47,877 bases of DNA, taken from assembly GCA_000990945.1 (NCBI GenBank), contig LBQR01000025.1, forward strand, positions 1-47,877, read 5' to 3'. Below the pieces are notes generated by a model. It had not been told where the DNA came from, ran no database searches, and saw only the letters and a list, made by a program, of their open reading frames with translations. Made by a program: the position numbers and the translations under genes. This document shows positions 8,583-17,201 of the stretch, one piece after another. How positions within the stretch are numbered: position 1 is the first letter of the stretch; each line of letters opens with the position of its first letter. Origin of the DNA: Candidatus Moranbacteria bacterium GW2011_GWF2_35_54 (GTDB lineage: Bacteria > Patescibacteriota > Minisyncoccia > Moranbacterales > UBA9337).

Positions 8583-8848
8583 TTATCCCTCTTCTTCTTG
8601 AATGCCGTATTTTTCTACCGCATCGTCAAATCCTTTTTTAAATATATCTTGAACCAATTTGGTCATCAGTTCCTCCATCTGACCACCAAGATATTTACCA
8701 CTCGCCGACAGCGAGTCCTCAATGAGTTTCCCAATCGGCTCGAGTGAATCTTCTAGCGGATAATAGGCGATAGTTTTTCCAGATTATCCGTGTTGATGAA
8801 CCGCACACGCGAAGTCTCATATGCTTTAATTACTGTTAAATAATGCAT
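8583..8848 (-). pseudogene. Small hypothetical gene (about 88 aa if repaired), frameshifted at an A5 run
   Basis: GAGGAG SD 7 nt before the ATG at 8848. Reads MHYLTVIKAYETSRVRFINTDNLEK then stops. Another frame continues TIAYYPLEDSLEPIGKLIEDSLSASGKYLGGQMEELMTKLVQDIFKKGFDDAVEKYGIQEEEG to the stop at 8583. One extra A in GAAAAAC would join them. Confidence 0.35.
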
Positions 8849-8993
8849 TTGTCATCTCCTCTTTTGTCAAAAAACTTTATAATTTAGCCCCGATATGCTA
8901 TTGTTAAGCGTATGGAAGCCCTTTATCGTAAACTTGTCTGCCTATATCGACAGCATTAACTACGATTTTAAATAATAGCATAAAATAACCAAA

Positions 8994-10136
8994 ATGTCAA
9001 TAGATATAACCCCAAAAAAGATTCTTTTTGTTTCCCGCCCCATCACTCCCCCTTGGGACGAAGCTAGCAAAAACTTCGCCTATAATCTGGCTAAAGAGAT
9101 AGCTCATAGTTCGGATTCGCCAGAAATTCATCTGATGACCACTCATACTCAACTGAATTTGCCTGAGAATATCAAACAAGAAGAAATTTATAAGTACAGT
9201 GAGAAAGATTTTAAATTTTCCGACAAATTACGCTCTTTATTTTTTCAATTTTTATTTAAAAATTCTTTTGATATCAAACATTATTTTTTTACTCCTACCA
9301 AAAGTAATTCTTTCCTCATAAAAAACATTCTCAAAGGCAAAAGTAAAACTATCCAAACTGTGGCCACCTTACGCGAAGATTTATTTAGTGACGGCGAAAT
9401 AAAAAAGATGATGTTTGGCGACATCATTACCACTTACTCGGATTATGCGAAAAATAAACTAGAAAGTTTAGGATTTACAAATGTTTATAAAATCTATCCC
9501 GGCATTGATCTGCATGATTATTATCCGCGAGAAAAAAGTTCTGCAGAATTAAAAAAGGCGGGCTTTACCACAGATAACTTTATTATTAATTTTTCCGGCG
9601 AATACATCCGCCTGGGCGCGATGGACACCGTTATTGATAGCTTTATTGAAATCAGCAAGCAAATCCCTGAAGCCAGACTTTCACTAGCTGTGCGCGTAAA
9701 AAATGATAAAGATGCCCAGAAAAAAGAAGAGGTGATTACTAAACTTGAAAAAGAAAATATCTTAAATAAAGTTTCTTTTCATGATAGTGGAAGTTATAAA
9801 ATGAGTGACATCTATAATTTATCTGACATCAGTATCTTTCCAGCGGGCAATATGAAGGGTAAGTTTGATATTCCTCTAGTAGTTGTCGAAGCTATGGCTT
9901 GCGCTAAGCCAATTATAATTTCTGACTTGCCAATTTTAAAAGAATTTTCCAGTGATAATAATTCTGTTTCCGTAGAAAAAGATTCTGTTCCGGCCTTAAC
10001 CCAATCCATTGTCGATTTATACAACAACAAAGAAAAAAGGCTTACTCTAGCAAAGAATGCCCTGGAATTTTCCCACAAAAGCTTCAACATCCATGTCGCT
10101 GCTCAGAAATATCAAGAGCTTTATGATAAGTTGTAA
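8994..10136 (+). CDS. Glycosyltransferase family 4 (GT-B, group 1)
   Basis: 380 aa. C-terminal GT1 signature region PLVVVEAMACAKPIIISD and typical GT4 length and layout. Confidence 0.8.
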   Translation: MSIDITPKKILFVSRPITPPWDEASKNFAYNLAKEIAHSSDSPEIHLMTTHTQLNLPENIKQEEIYKYSEKDFKFSDKLRSLFFQFLFKNSFDIKHYFFTPTKSNSFLIKNILKGKSKTIQTVATLREDLFSDGEIKKMMFGDIITTYSDYAKNKLESLGFTNVYKIYPGIDLHDYYPREKSSAELKKAGFTTDNFIINFSGEYIRLGAMDTVIDSFIEISKQIPEARLSLAVRVKNDKDAQKKEEVITKLEKENILNKVSFHDSGSYKMSDIYNLSDISIFPAGNMKGKFDIPLVVVEAMACAKPIIISDLPILKEFSSDNNSVSVEKDSVPALTQSIVDLYNNKEKRLTLAKNALEFSHKSFNIHVAAQKYQELYDKL

Positions 10137-10167
10137 AACCACAAAAAATTATTTTCTTCTTGCAAAT

Positions 10168-10229
10168 ACGTAGCAGTACTGCGTCTTTTGTTTTTTCTAG
10201 ACGCCCCACCGGGGCGTCTCTACGTTTTT
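10168..10229 (+). terminator. Tandem terminator hairpins after the GT4 gene
   Basis: GCAGT/ACTGC stem followed by CTTTTGTTTTTT (10168-10196). Then AGACGCCCC-ACC-GGGGCGTCT (10199-10219) followed by T5. Confidence 0.65.
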
Positions 10230-10289
10230 AATGATAAATTTAAAGAGACGGCATCCGCATTCGCGAACACCGCCTCTGTTTTTCATTTC

Positions 10290-10613
10290 TCACACCTCCT
10301 TATCGTTGAGAAGTACCGTTAATCCCTTTTCAACATAGAAAAAAGTTAGCTTGTTTTTTCCGACAAAAATATTTCTTTCCTCACGATGCTGATCAAATTT
10401 TATATTCTCAGAAAATATCTCTCTATTGCCTTGGAGATTCCGAATATATACCACACAGGTCCGTCCCTGTATCCCCTTGAAATGAACGCTCAGGGTCTTC
10501 GTTGAATCCAAGTCGATAAATCTCATTTCGCCCGCAGATATTTCCTTGGCAAAAGAACTGGAATTGATAATCAAAACAAAAAGAACTACTAATATAGAAA
10601 CAAACCTTTTCAT
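10290..10613 (-). CDS. Small secreted hypothetical protein (107 aa, signal peptide)
   Basis: MKRFVSILVVLFVLIINSSSFA signal-like N-terminus. GAGGAG SD 6 nt upstream. Hairpin AGAGACGG/CCGCCTCT downstream (10244-10277). Confidence 0.55.
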   Translation of the reverse strand: MKRFVSILVVLFVLIINSSSFAKEISAGEMRFIDLDSTKTLSVHFKGIQGRTCVVYIRNLQGNREIFSENIKFDQHREERNIFVGKNKLTFFYVEKGLTVLLNDKEV

Positions 10614-10737
10614 AATTTTCTCCTCAAGGATTTTTGAAAAAAGAAAAAATGTTTATGTCTCGTTGGTTTTTTGACCATAATATGTTACCATAAATTAGTA
10701 AAAAACCAATGATTCAATATACAATAAAACTAAAATT

Positions 10738-12237
10738 ATGTCAACTAATATTACTAAAAAATCCCAGCATTTACAAGAATTTAAAACCGAAAAAATGTCC
10801 GTTCCGGCTCTATTTTTCATGAGCGAGGACCTGCTTCCCGAAGAACAAACCTTTGCTCAGGCAGAAGATATCGCTTCCAACAGCGATACTTTTTTCCACC
10901 ATACCATAGCCATGCCCGATGTCTGCTCGAAACCAGGCAGAAAAAATGCTTCTGGCACCACTATTGTTTCCGAGAAATATATTTTACCTCAAGTTAATGA
11001 TTCTGACCCAAACTGCGGAATGCGCTTACTTAAAACCAGTTTTAATGAAGAAAATCTTTCCACCCAAGATATAGATAAATTATTTCAAGAGTTGGTAAAA
11101 GTTGTTCCCACCAAAAAATTTGTCGGCACCACTGTCCCATTTGATACTGTGGTGGATATTTGCCGAGGAGGAACTTCCGCCATCATTAAACATTTGGGCA
11201 TTACTACCAAAAATGAACTGACAAATACTCAATGTGGCGGTAATTTTTTTGGGCGTGAAATGACGCGCCAAGATATTTTTGATGTCATTCCCAAACTTTA
11301 TCTCCATTTTGCCAAATATAGACTGGGCATTATCGGAGCGGCTGGCAATCATTTCCTTGATTTAATGAAAGTAACTAACATTGTCGACATTGAAGCGGCC
11401 CAAAAACTTGGTGTCCAAAAAGGACAGTATCTTTTTATGATTCATACCGGATCTGGAATACTGGGCCAATATACGATGTACACTCACACGGCCAAAAAAA
11501 GAGAACACTTATCGCAAGCGCTGATGGTGACTCTAGGAAAACTGACTTTTAATTCAAAAAAGAAAGACGTTTACAAAAAAATGCAAACCGCTATTGAAAA
11601 GCACATGCTTAAAGATGATTCTCTTTTAAAATATGATGGAGATGGTCCAGATGGAGAACTTTATATGAACGCTCGTGCAGCCGCTTCTAATTTTGGAACT
11701 GCTAACCGTGCTGTCATCACGCACAATATTTCCGAGGCCATTAAAAAATTATTCGGCCGCGATCCAGAAATGGATTTAATTTATGATCTGCCTCATATTT
11801 CTATTACCCGAGAAGAACACTTTGGCAAAAATGTTTTCGTTCATCGCAGTAATACTTCTCGCGCATATGGCCCATCCAAAATGTCGCACCATCCTGTTTA
11901 TAAAGAAACTGGCGAGCCGGCCTTTATTCCCTCTTCTATGGCTACGGATGCTTATATTTGTGTCGGCACCGATAGGAATGCTGAAAGTTTTTATTCCGCC
12001 CCTCATGGTACTGGCAAAGGAAAAAATTCTAATGAAGAAGCAATATCAAACAAAGAAGAATTGTTTTCTAAAATGAATAGTAAAGGAATTAAACTCTATA
12101 ACGCCCAGTCTTCCATTGTGATTAATCAAGACAGCGCTCGTTATAAAAATATTGACCGCGTTATCGAAGGCGTCGAAGCCAACGGTGTCGCGCATGTAGT
12201 GGCGAAGATGCAACCAGTGGCAGTCCTAATGTATTAA
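10738..12237 (+). CDS. rtcB: RtcB-family RNA ligase
   Basis: RtcB metal and GTP motifs in order: DPNCGMR, GNHFLDL, HTGSGILG, APHGTGKG. 499 aa. Confidence 0.85.
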   Translation: MSTNITKKSQHLQEFKTEKMSVPALFFMSEDLLPEEQTFAQAEDIASNSDTFFHHTIAMPDVCSKPGRKNASGTTIVSEKYILPQVNDSDPNCGMRLLKTSFNEENLSTQDIDKLFQELVKVVPTKKFVGTTVPFDTVVDICRGGTSAIIKHLGITTKNELTNTQCGGNFFGREMTRQDIFDVIPKLYLHFAKYRLGIIGAAGNHFLDLMKVTNIVDIEAAQKLGVQKGQYLFMIHTGSGILGQYTMYTHTAKKREHLSQALMVTLGKLTFNSKKKDVYKKMQTAIEKHMLKDDSLLKYDGDGPDGELYMNARAAASNFGTANRAVITHNISEAIKKLFGRDPEMDLIYDLPHISITREEHFGKNVFVHRSNTSRAYGPSKMSHHPVYKETGEPAFIPSSMATDAYICVGTDRNAESFYSAPHGTGKGKNSNEEAISNKEELFSKMNSKGIKLYNAQSSIVINQDSARYKNIDRVIEGVEANGVAHVVAKMQPVAVLMY

Positions 12238-12270
12238 TTCTACAAAATACTAAATTAGCGAAATACGAAA

Positions 12271-12657
12271 ATGAAAACGAAGAAAGATTTAATATATGCC
12301 GAAGAATGCTATCAGCTAATGGGTCTTGCGTTTAAAGTTTTTAGGGAATTAGGGTTTGGGCATAAAGAAAGTTTCTATCAAAAATCCCTAGCAAATGAAT
12401 TTGAAAGTAATAATATTAACTTTACACAGCAGCTACGATGCAAAGTTAAATACAAAGACGAAGAAGTAGGTTTGTATATCTTAGATTTTTTAGTATTTAA
12501 TAAGATTGTTATTGAATTAAAGCAGAAAAGTTTTATCTCATCAAAGGATATTGATCAACTCTACAGATATCTAAGAGCGACAAATTTAAAACTAGGTTTA
12601 ATAATTACTTTCACAAAAGACGGAGCGAGGTGCAAAAGAGTTGTAAATATTGGGTAA
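12271..12657 (+). CDS. GxxExxY family protein (PD-(D/E)XK-like)
   Basis: 128 aa. GFGHKESFYQKSLANEF...LDFLVFNKIVIELK matches the GxxExxY family pattern. Confidence 0.75.
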   Translation: MKTKKDLIYAEECYQLMGLAFKVFRELGFGHKESFYQKSLANEFESNNINFTQQLRCKVKYKDEEVGLYILDFLVFNKIVIELKQKSFISSKDIDQLYRYLRATNLKLGLIITFTKDGARCKRVVNIG

Positions 12658-12706
12658 TTGTTTTAATATATATTTCGTAGTTCGCTAATTTCGTATTTCG
12701 TAAAAC

Positions 12707-13354
12707 ATGAAGATAATAACTATTTCCGGCCTCGACGGCTCTGGAAAGTCGACACAAATTGAAATATTGAAAAACGAATTGGAACGCAATGGTTCCAAGG
12801 TTTTTTATTTTCATGCCATTGAATTTAGCTTGGCTGCTAAAATTAACAATTTTAAAAATAAATATTGTTTGATTTGCAGGCTTCTGGGAAAATGCAAAGT
12901 TAAAAAAACAGATTCCCGCCTGCACAGGAATGACAACGGGAAAAGTGTAACTAAAGCAAATTTCTTACAGATATTTTTGCGTAAAATATTTTTGCGTCTT
13001 GATTTGATACGTTTTAAAAAACTTATTCAGAGATTAGAAAAAGGAGGATTTGATTACATATTATCAGACCGCTATTTTTATGACACAGTGATTAATATCG
13101 AATATCTCAGTGGAAACAAAAAAGATGCGATAAATCGTGCCTCTGCAAAAATTTTGAAACCGCACCTATCTATTTATCTCCAAACTGACCCCGAGTTAAT
13201 TATGAGTCGCGACCGCGTGCCCGACCAAGGTCTGCAATATTTGATAGATAAAAAAAATATATACGATAAGTTTTCAAGTATTTTTGAAATGAAAATTGTA
13301 AATGGAAATGGAAATGTGAATGATATACATCAAGAAATTAAGATTTTATTATAA
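12707..13354 (+). CDS. P-loop nucleotide kinase, thymidylate-kinase-like, with two hairpin-repeat insertions
   Basis: MKIITISGLDGSGKSTQ P-loop and an SDRYFYDT (DRY-like) motif. Internal segments DSRLHRNDNG (12911-12942) and DAINRAS (13121-13146) are encoded by recognisable hairpin repeat units. Confidence 0.55.
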   Translation: MKIITISGLDGSGKSTQIEILKNELERNGSKVFYFHAIEFSLAAKINNFKNKYCLICRLLGKCKVKKTDSRLHRNDNGKSVTKANFLQIFLRKIFLRLDLIRFKKLIQRLEKGGFDYILSDRYFYDTVINIEYLSGNKKDAINRASAKILKPHLSIYLQTDPELIMSRDRVPDQGLQYLIDKKNIYDKFSSIFEMKIVNGNGNVNDIHQEIKILL

Positions 13355-13388
13355 TTATTTAGACTATTAATAAAAGATGCTCTACATT

Positions 13389-13549
13389 GTCATTCCAGAA
13401 GATAGATTTTCTAAGCGAGTTTGCGAGCTTTTAGAAAATCATCTATGTGGAATCTCAGTATTAAAAAACGAGATCCCACATAAGTAAATTTCTAAAAGCT
13501 CTTCGCCAGCTGGCGAAGAGCTAAGAAATTTTACTTTCTGGGATGACAG
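13389..13549. repeat. Cloverleaf-like nested palindromic element (outer stem plus three hairpins)
   Basis: Outer 13-bp stem TGTCATTCCAGAA/TTCTGGGATGACA (13389-13401 / 13537-13549). Inner hairpins at 13402-13444, 13446-13482 and 13487-13533 (AGCTCTTCGCC-AGCT-GGCGAAGAGCT). Confidence 0.8.
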
Positions 13550-13596
13550 AGGAAACATAAATAAAAAACTGCAACTTTTAATTTTTAACTAAAATT

Positions 13597-15078
13597 ATGT
13601 CTGCTATCGCCAAATCCGCCCTTTGGGTCACTGTTTCGGAAATTATTTTTAATCTTTCCGGTTTTATTATCCATTCCATTTTGGGTCGTGTTTTGGGACC
13701 GGCTGATTATGGGCGCTATGGAATAATTATTACTCTGACTACGATGGTTATTGTGCTTATTAGTAACGGAATTCCTACCGCCATGGCCAAATACATCAGC
13801 GAAATATTTGAAACTAATCCTCGTCTGATTTTTAAAATCAAAAAACAGGCTATCATTATTCAAACGATTTTGATTGCTTTCATCACTGCTATTTTTTATC
13901 TTTGCGCTCCACTCATTTCTCTTTCTCTCGGAGACTCAACTCTTACTCCATTATTCAGAGTTTCTTCTCTTATTATTCCAGCTTTTGCGGCCGCTTCTTT
14001 TTATTTCTCCTACTACACAGGACTTCACCAATTTAATACTCAAGCTACACTAAAGACGGTGCGCTCATTTTTACGAATTATTTTTGTGGTTGGACTAGCT
14101 GTTATTTTTGGTTTATATGGATCAATTTCGGGCTATATCATCGCTCCCTTCATCGTTTTTGTGATTGCTTTTTTAATCGATAAATTTATAATTGATAAAA
14201 AGATTAAAGAAAAAATTTCTCAACTACCCGAAGATAAAAATCTGCCCGTCGATTTTCCTTGGAAAAAATTAGTCAATTACGGCTGGCAAATTGTGGTTTT
14301 CTTTTTGGCCTACGAACTGCTTATCAGTATTGATTTATATTTAGTCAAAGGAATTTTACATGACGATGCGCTAACTGGAGTTTACAATGCCTCTCTTACA
14401 GTCGGCCGCATTCCTTATTATATTTTTTATGCTATGACAGTTTTTCTCTTGCCGATGGTGTCGCGAAAAAGTGCCGGCAATAATTTAACCAATGCCAAGG
14501 AAATCATAGACAATGCTTTGCGAATCATGCTAATTTTTTTAACTCCGATGGTGATTTTGCTTTCCGTTTACGCGCCTCAAACGCTAGAACTTCTTTATGG
14601 AGAAAAATATTTAACCGGCGCCCTTCCAATGTCAGTTTTAGTTTGGGGAGTGGGATTTCTAACTATTTTCTATGTGCTAAGTTTTGCGGCTAATGGTGGC
14701 GGAAAAACTCTAATGGCTATGTGGATTTCATTTTTTGGCTTAGCGCTAAATATTATTTTAAACTATATTTTAATAATAAAAATGGGTATTCTAGGCTCAG
14801 CTATTGCCACCTCCATCGCGTCCTTTATTGTTATGCTCGCGATGCTTTACTATATCCGAAAACACTTCGGAGCTTCTTTTGATTTTAAGGAAATATTAAA
14901 AGTTCTTATGGCTGGCATAATTTTATATGCGCTAGCTCTCTTTATCCCTGCTGGAAAATACAGCTTTATCCTTTGGGGATTAGGCTTATTTTCACTTTAC
15001 TTGGGGCTATTATATGCCTTAAAAGGAATAGTATCCGCAGATCTGAAAATTTTTACCAAAATTCTAAGGAAAAAATAA
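13597..15078 (+). CDS. Polysaccharide / lipid-linked oligosaccharide flippase (MOP superfamily, Wzx/MurJ-like)
   Basis: 493 aa and highly hydrophobic with many TM segments. The N-terminus SALWVTVSEIIFNLSGFI...LGPADYGRYG is typical of Wzx-type flippases. Confidence 0.7.
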   Translation: MSAIAKSALWVTVSEIIFNLSGFIIHSILGRVLGPADYGRYGIIITLTTMVIVLISNGIPTAMAKYISEIFETNPRLIFKIKKQAIIIQTILIAFITAIFYLCAPLISLSLGDSTLTPLFRVSSLIIPAFAAASFYFSYYTGLHQFNTQATLKTVRSFLRIIFVVGLAVIFGLYGSISGYIIAPFIVFVIAFLIDKFIIDKKIKEKISQLPEDKNLPVDFPWKKLVNYGWQIVVFFLAYELLISIDLYLVKGILHDDALTGVYNASLTVGRIPYYIFYAMTVFLLPMVSRKSAGNNLTNAKEIIDNALRIMLIFLTPMVILLSVYAPQTLELLYGEKYLTGALPMSVLVWGVGFLTIFYVLSFAANGGGKTLMAMWISFFGLALNIILNYILIIKMGILGSAIATSIASFIVMLAMLYYIRKHFGASFDFKEILKVLMAGIILYALALFIPAGKYSFILWGLGLFSLYLGLLYALKGIVSADLKIFTKILRKK

Positions 15079-15117
15079 ATCATTTAATCTCTTATTTACT
15101 AATTTTGTTAAGCTGTG

Positions 15118-15306
15118 TAAAAACTCCTCACTAAGCTGGCAGTATTTTATCTGAAACTTTCTCCACAAAATGGAGAGAGCTTGCCCCGCCTCGGCGGGGG
15201 TTATTTTATTCACTACACTAAATTATTTAGCGCGCCGCACAAAATATTTTTGCGGAGAGTGTTTTTGAAATAAAATACTTTTTACCAGCTTAATGAGGAC
15301 TTTTCT
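15118..15306. repeat. MITE-like element with about 45-bp imperfect terminal inverted repeats
   Basis: Left arm AAACTCCTCACTAAGCTGGCAGTATTTTATCTGAAAC (15121-15157) is the reverse complement of GTTTTTGAAATAAAATACTTTTTACCAGCTTAATGAGGACTTTT (15261-15304). Interior has GC hairpins (GCCCCGCC-TC-GGCGGGG). No ORF. Confidence 0.6.
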
Positions 15307-15344
15307 TAAATTTAATTGGAACTTTATTCTAAAAATCTCCTTTC

Positions 15345-15394
15345 TAAAAAAGAAACTTTATAGAATGGGCAAGCGTTTAAACACACGCTTGCCC
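15345..15394 (-). terminator. Terminator of orphan gene A
   Basis: 10-bp perfect stem GGGCAAGCGT/ACGCTTGCCC (15367-15376 / 15385-15394), then a T-rich tract on the minus strand. Confidence 0.65.
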
Positions 15395-15402
15395 AGTTGA
15401 AC

Positions 15403-15996
15403 TTATAGATAGGTACACATAGAAGCACCTGGCCCCTCGGCGTCTCCGAGAAGATCTTCAAGTCGCAACTCTCTTACGGCATCGAAGATGGTCCTTTCGG
15501 CAATTTCGCCATTGGACCAAATGGCGCGATTTTCATCGCCGTCTATCCAGCCAGCAATAAATGCCGGCTGTTTCATTTTTTCCAGCATCGCTTGGAAGCG
15601 TTGCCGGTTATCCTCTTCGGACACTCCGCTGAAATATTTCTCCAGTGAAAGTCCATTGATTGTATTCTCTGTTCGGGCTTTTTCGTAGCCCGAGAGAGAA
15701 GTGAAAGTAAATACGTTACCGCCCGAGGTAACGTATCGGATAAACGGCGTTACTCCTTCCCCCTTACGCTCCCCGCAAATTTGAGACCACCCCAGGTGGA
15801 GCAGTCCAAACTCCACACTCTCGTAAGCAGACTTTTTCACAAGAACGCTTTCCTTTCTCCACCATCCAGTGGAGTTTTTTGCCGCCTGAGTGAAATGGGC
15901 GGCAGCACGAATTTGGAGTCCCTGTGGCCTCCGCGCACTCCATCTGATTTTTACCTCTTGTTCTGGCCACTGGTCACCCATAATTTTTTCAAACAT
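15403..15996 (-). CDS. Orphan hypothetical protein A (197 aa), GC-rich
   Basis: I prefer the start MFEKIMGDQWPEQ at 15996, with GAGGAGG (16001-16007) 4 nt upstream. The ORF-track start at 16086 would run through the conserved non-coding leader. No family recognised. Confidence 0.6.
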   Translation of the reverse strand: MFEKIMGDQWPEQEVKIRWSARRPQGLQIRAAAHFTQAAKNSTGWWRKESVLVKKSAYESVEFGLLHLGWSQICGERKGEGVTPFIRYVTSGGNVFTFTSLSGYEKARTENTINGLSLEKYFSGVSEEDNRQRFQAMLEKMKQPAFIAGWIDGDENRAIWSNGEIAERTIFDAVRELRLEDLLGDAEGPGASMCTYL

Positions 15997-16039
15997 AACT
16001 CCTCCTCTCTGCCTCATGGACAGAAAAGTAAATTTTTTA

Positions 16040-16103
16040 CTCCACCAAAGACGAAATGTCTGCGTGGAGCGTTTATTTTGAATCACCCATGCAAGACAAT
16101 AAT
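16040..16103 (-). promoter_or_regulatory. Conserved structured 5' leader, copy A
   Basis: 47-nt block shared with 16774-16820 and 17219-17265, plus hairpin CTCCACGCAGAC/GTCTTTGGTGGAG (16040-16069) between the block and the SD. Confidence 0.5.
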
Positions 16104-16258
16104 ATATTTATTGTTTTGCAAAGAGTGATCCAAACAGAGAAACTATGAAATTTTTATCAAAGAACTTTTAACCCCGTCGAATTTATCCCATTGTATAACT
16201 GGGATGACTGGAGAACTACTATGAAACTTCGATTTCAAAAATCAAAATTTCAATAATA

Positions 16259-16296
16259 GTGGCGGAACTAATCTGAACTTTGATGAGTTCTGCCAC
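16259..16296 (-). terminator. Terminator of orphan gene B
   Basis: GTGGCAGAACT/AGTTCCGCCAC 11-bp stem with one mismatch. The loop contains AAAGTTC. Confidence 0.6.
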
Positions 16297-16314
16297 AGTG
16301 AACAAATGGATTTA

Positions 16315-16725
16315 TTAAAAGTTCTTAGTGATCTCGAATTTTGGAAAATTAGAAATCACTAAGGAAAAAAGGGCGGTGTTCTCTGCTGCCATGCAGCAGA
16401 CATTGTCGCTCTCTCGCCATGTTTTTTTTCCAACCAAAGATAACTCATCTCTGGTTGTTACCACTCTCGTATCCCAGTAACCCTGGGTTATGGGATGTCT
16501 GTCTGAACAGACGTGACTAGTAGACTTTCCGTCTAACAGAAAGCCCACCTCTATTACCAGACCGTTTCGCAAAACAGCTTTTTTGGACTCACAGTCAAAA
16601 CTGACCGGAGTCAACTTGTTTCTGGTGTTTTGCCATGATCCAGGATCGAACCATGACTCCTCGTAAAGCTCAATCTCTTTAGATTGAGTATTAATATTTG
16701 CAACAACTCCATAACCTGACGACAT
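16315..16725 (-). CDS. Orphan hypothetical protein B (136 aa), GC-rich
   Basis: GGGAGG (16731-16736) 5 nt before the ATG. No family recognised. Several Cys and Trp residues. Confidence 0.6.
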   Translation of the reverse strand: MSSGYGVVANINTQSKEIELYEESWFDPGSWQNTRNKLTPVSFDCESKKAVLRNGLVIEVGFLLDGKSTSHVCSDRHPITQGYWDTRVVTTRDELSLVGKKTWRESDNVCCMAAENTALFSLVISNFPKFEITKNF

Positions 16726-16753
16726 AATACCCTCCCATTTATTTTGATTTCTT

Positions 16754-16820
16754 GCTCCATCACAAATGATATATCTATGTGGAGCGTTTGATTTGAATCA
16801 CTCCCGTAAAACAACGATAC
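16754..16820 (-). promoter_or_regulatory. Conserved structured 5' leader, copy B
   Basis: Block 16774-16820 plus hairpin GCTCCA(T)CA/TGTGGAGC (16754-16785). Confidence 0.5.
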
Positions 16821-16918
16821 ATTTATTAATTCAAAAAATAAGAAATTACAAAATTTTTATCAAAGAACTTTTACCACTATGAAACTTCAATTTTAAAAAT
16901 CAAAATTTCAATAATAGT

Positions 16919-16951
16919 GGCGAGATTCATTAGAACTTTATAAATCTCGCC
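16919..16951 (-). terminator. Terminator of orphan gene C
   Basis: GGCGAGATT/AATCTCGCC 9-bp stem. The loop contains AAAGTTC. Confidence 0.6.
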
Positions 16952-16959
16952 GGGTGAAC

Positions 16960-17175
16960 TTATCTCCGCCTTAACTTCTCAATGTAAGCAAAGATGATAG
17001 TTATCGGTCCAAACATCGAACCGATTATTCCTCTGAAAAACATAGAAGAAAAAAATGCGATGGCATTGGAATATTCCAATGCGCCACTATTTATTTTTGC
17101 TACCATGTCATACATGGCAGCAGAAATTCCCATAACTGCCCAAATAGCAGCCAGAACGACCAAAAAATCTTGCAT
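16960..17175 (-). CDS. Orphan small membrane protein C (71 aa, two TM segments)
   Basis: I prefer the start MQDFLVVLAAIWAV at 17175, with GGAGG (17181-17185) 5 nt upstream. Hydrophobic throughout. Confidence 0.5.
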   Translation of the reverse strand: MQDFLVVLAAIWAVMGISAAMYDMVAKINSGALEYSNAIAFFSSMFFRGIIGSMFGPITIIFAYIEKLRRR

Positions 17176-17201
17176 GGCAACCTCCATCTTTAGAATGTTT
17201 A

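Noticed and set aside
15997-16086. Longer ORF-track N-termini: 15403..16086, 7169..8029, 16960..17211, tig from 36113, ruvB from 42289
   Set aside because: The internal ATGs are preceded by a proper SD or match family N-termini. The extensions run through conserved non-coding repeats or overlap the upstream gene.
16057-16103. Leader peptide inside the conserved block (ATG GGT GAT TCA AAA TAA = MGDSK in copy A, MGNSK in copy C; or the GTG-initiated IQNKRST frame)
   Set aside because: Copy B has no ATG at that position. The alternative frame lacks a start in copy C and stops at different places. Conservation is at the nucleotide and pairing level, not in any reading frame.
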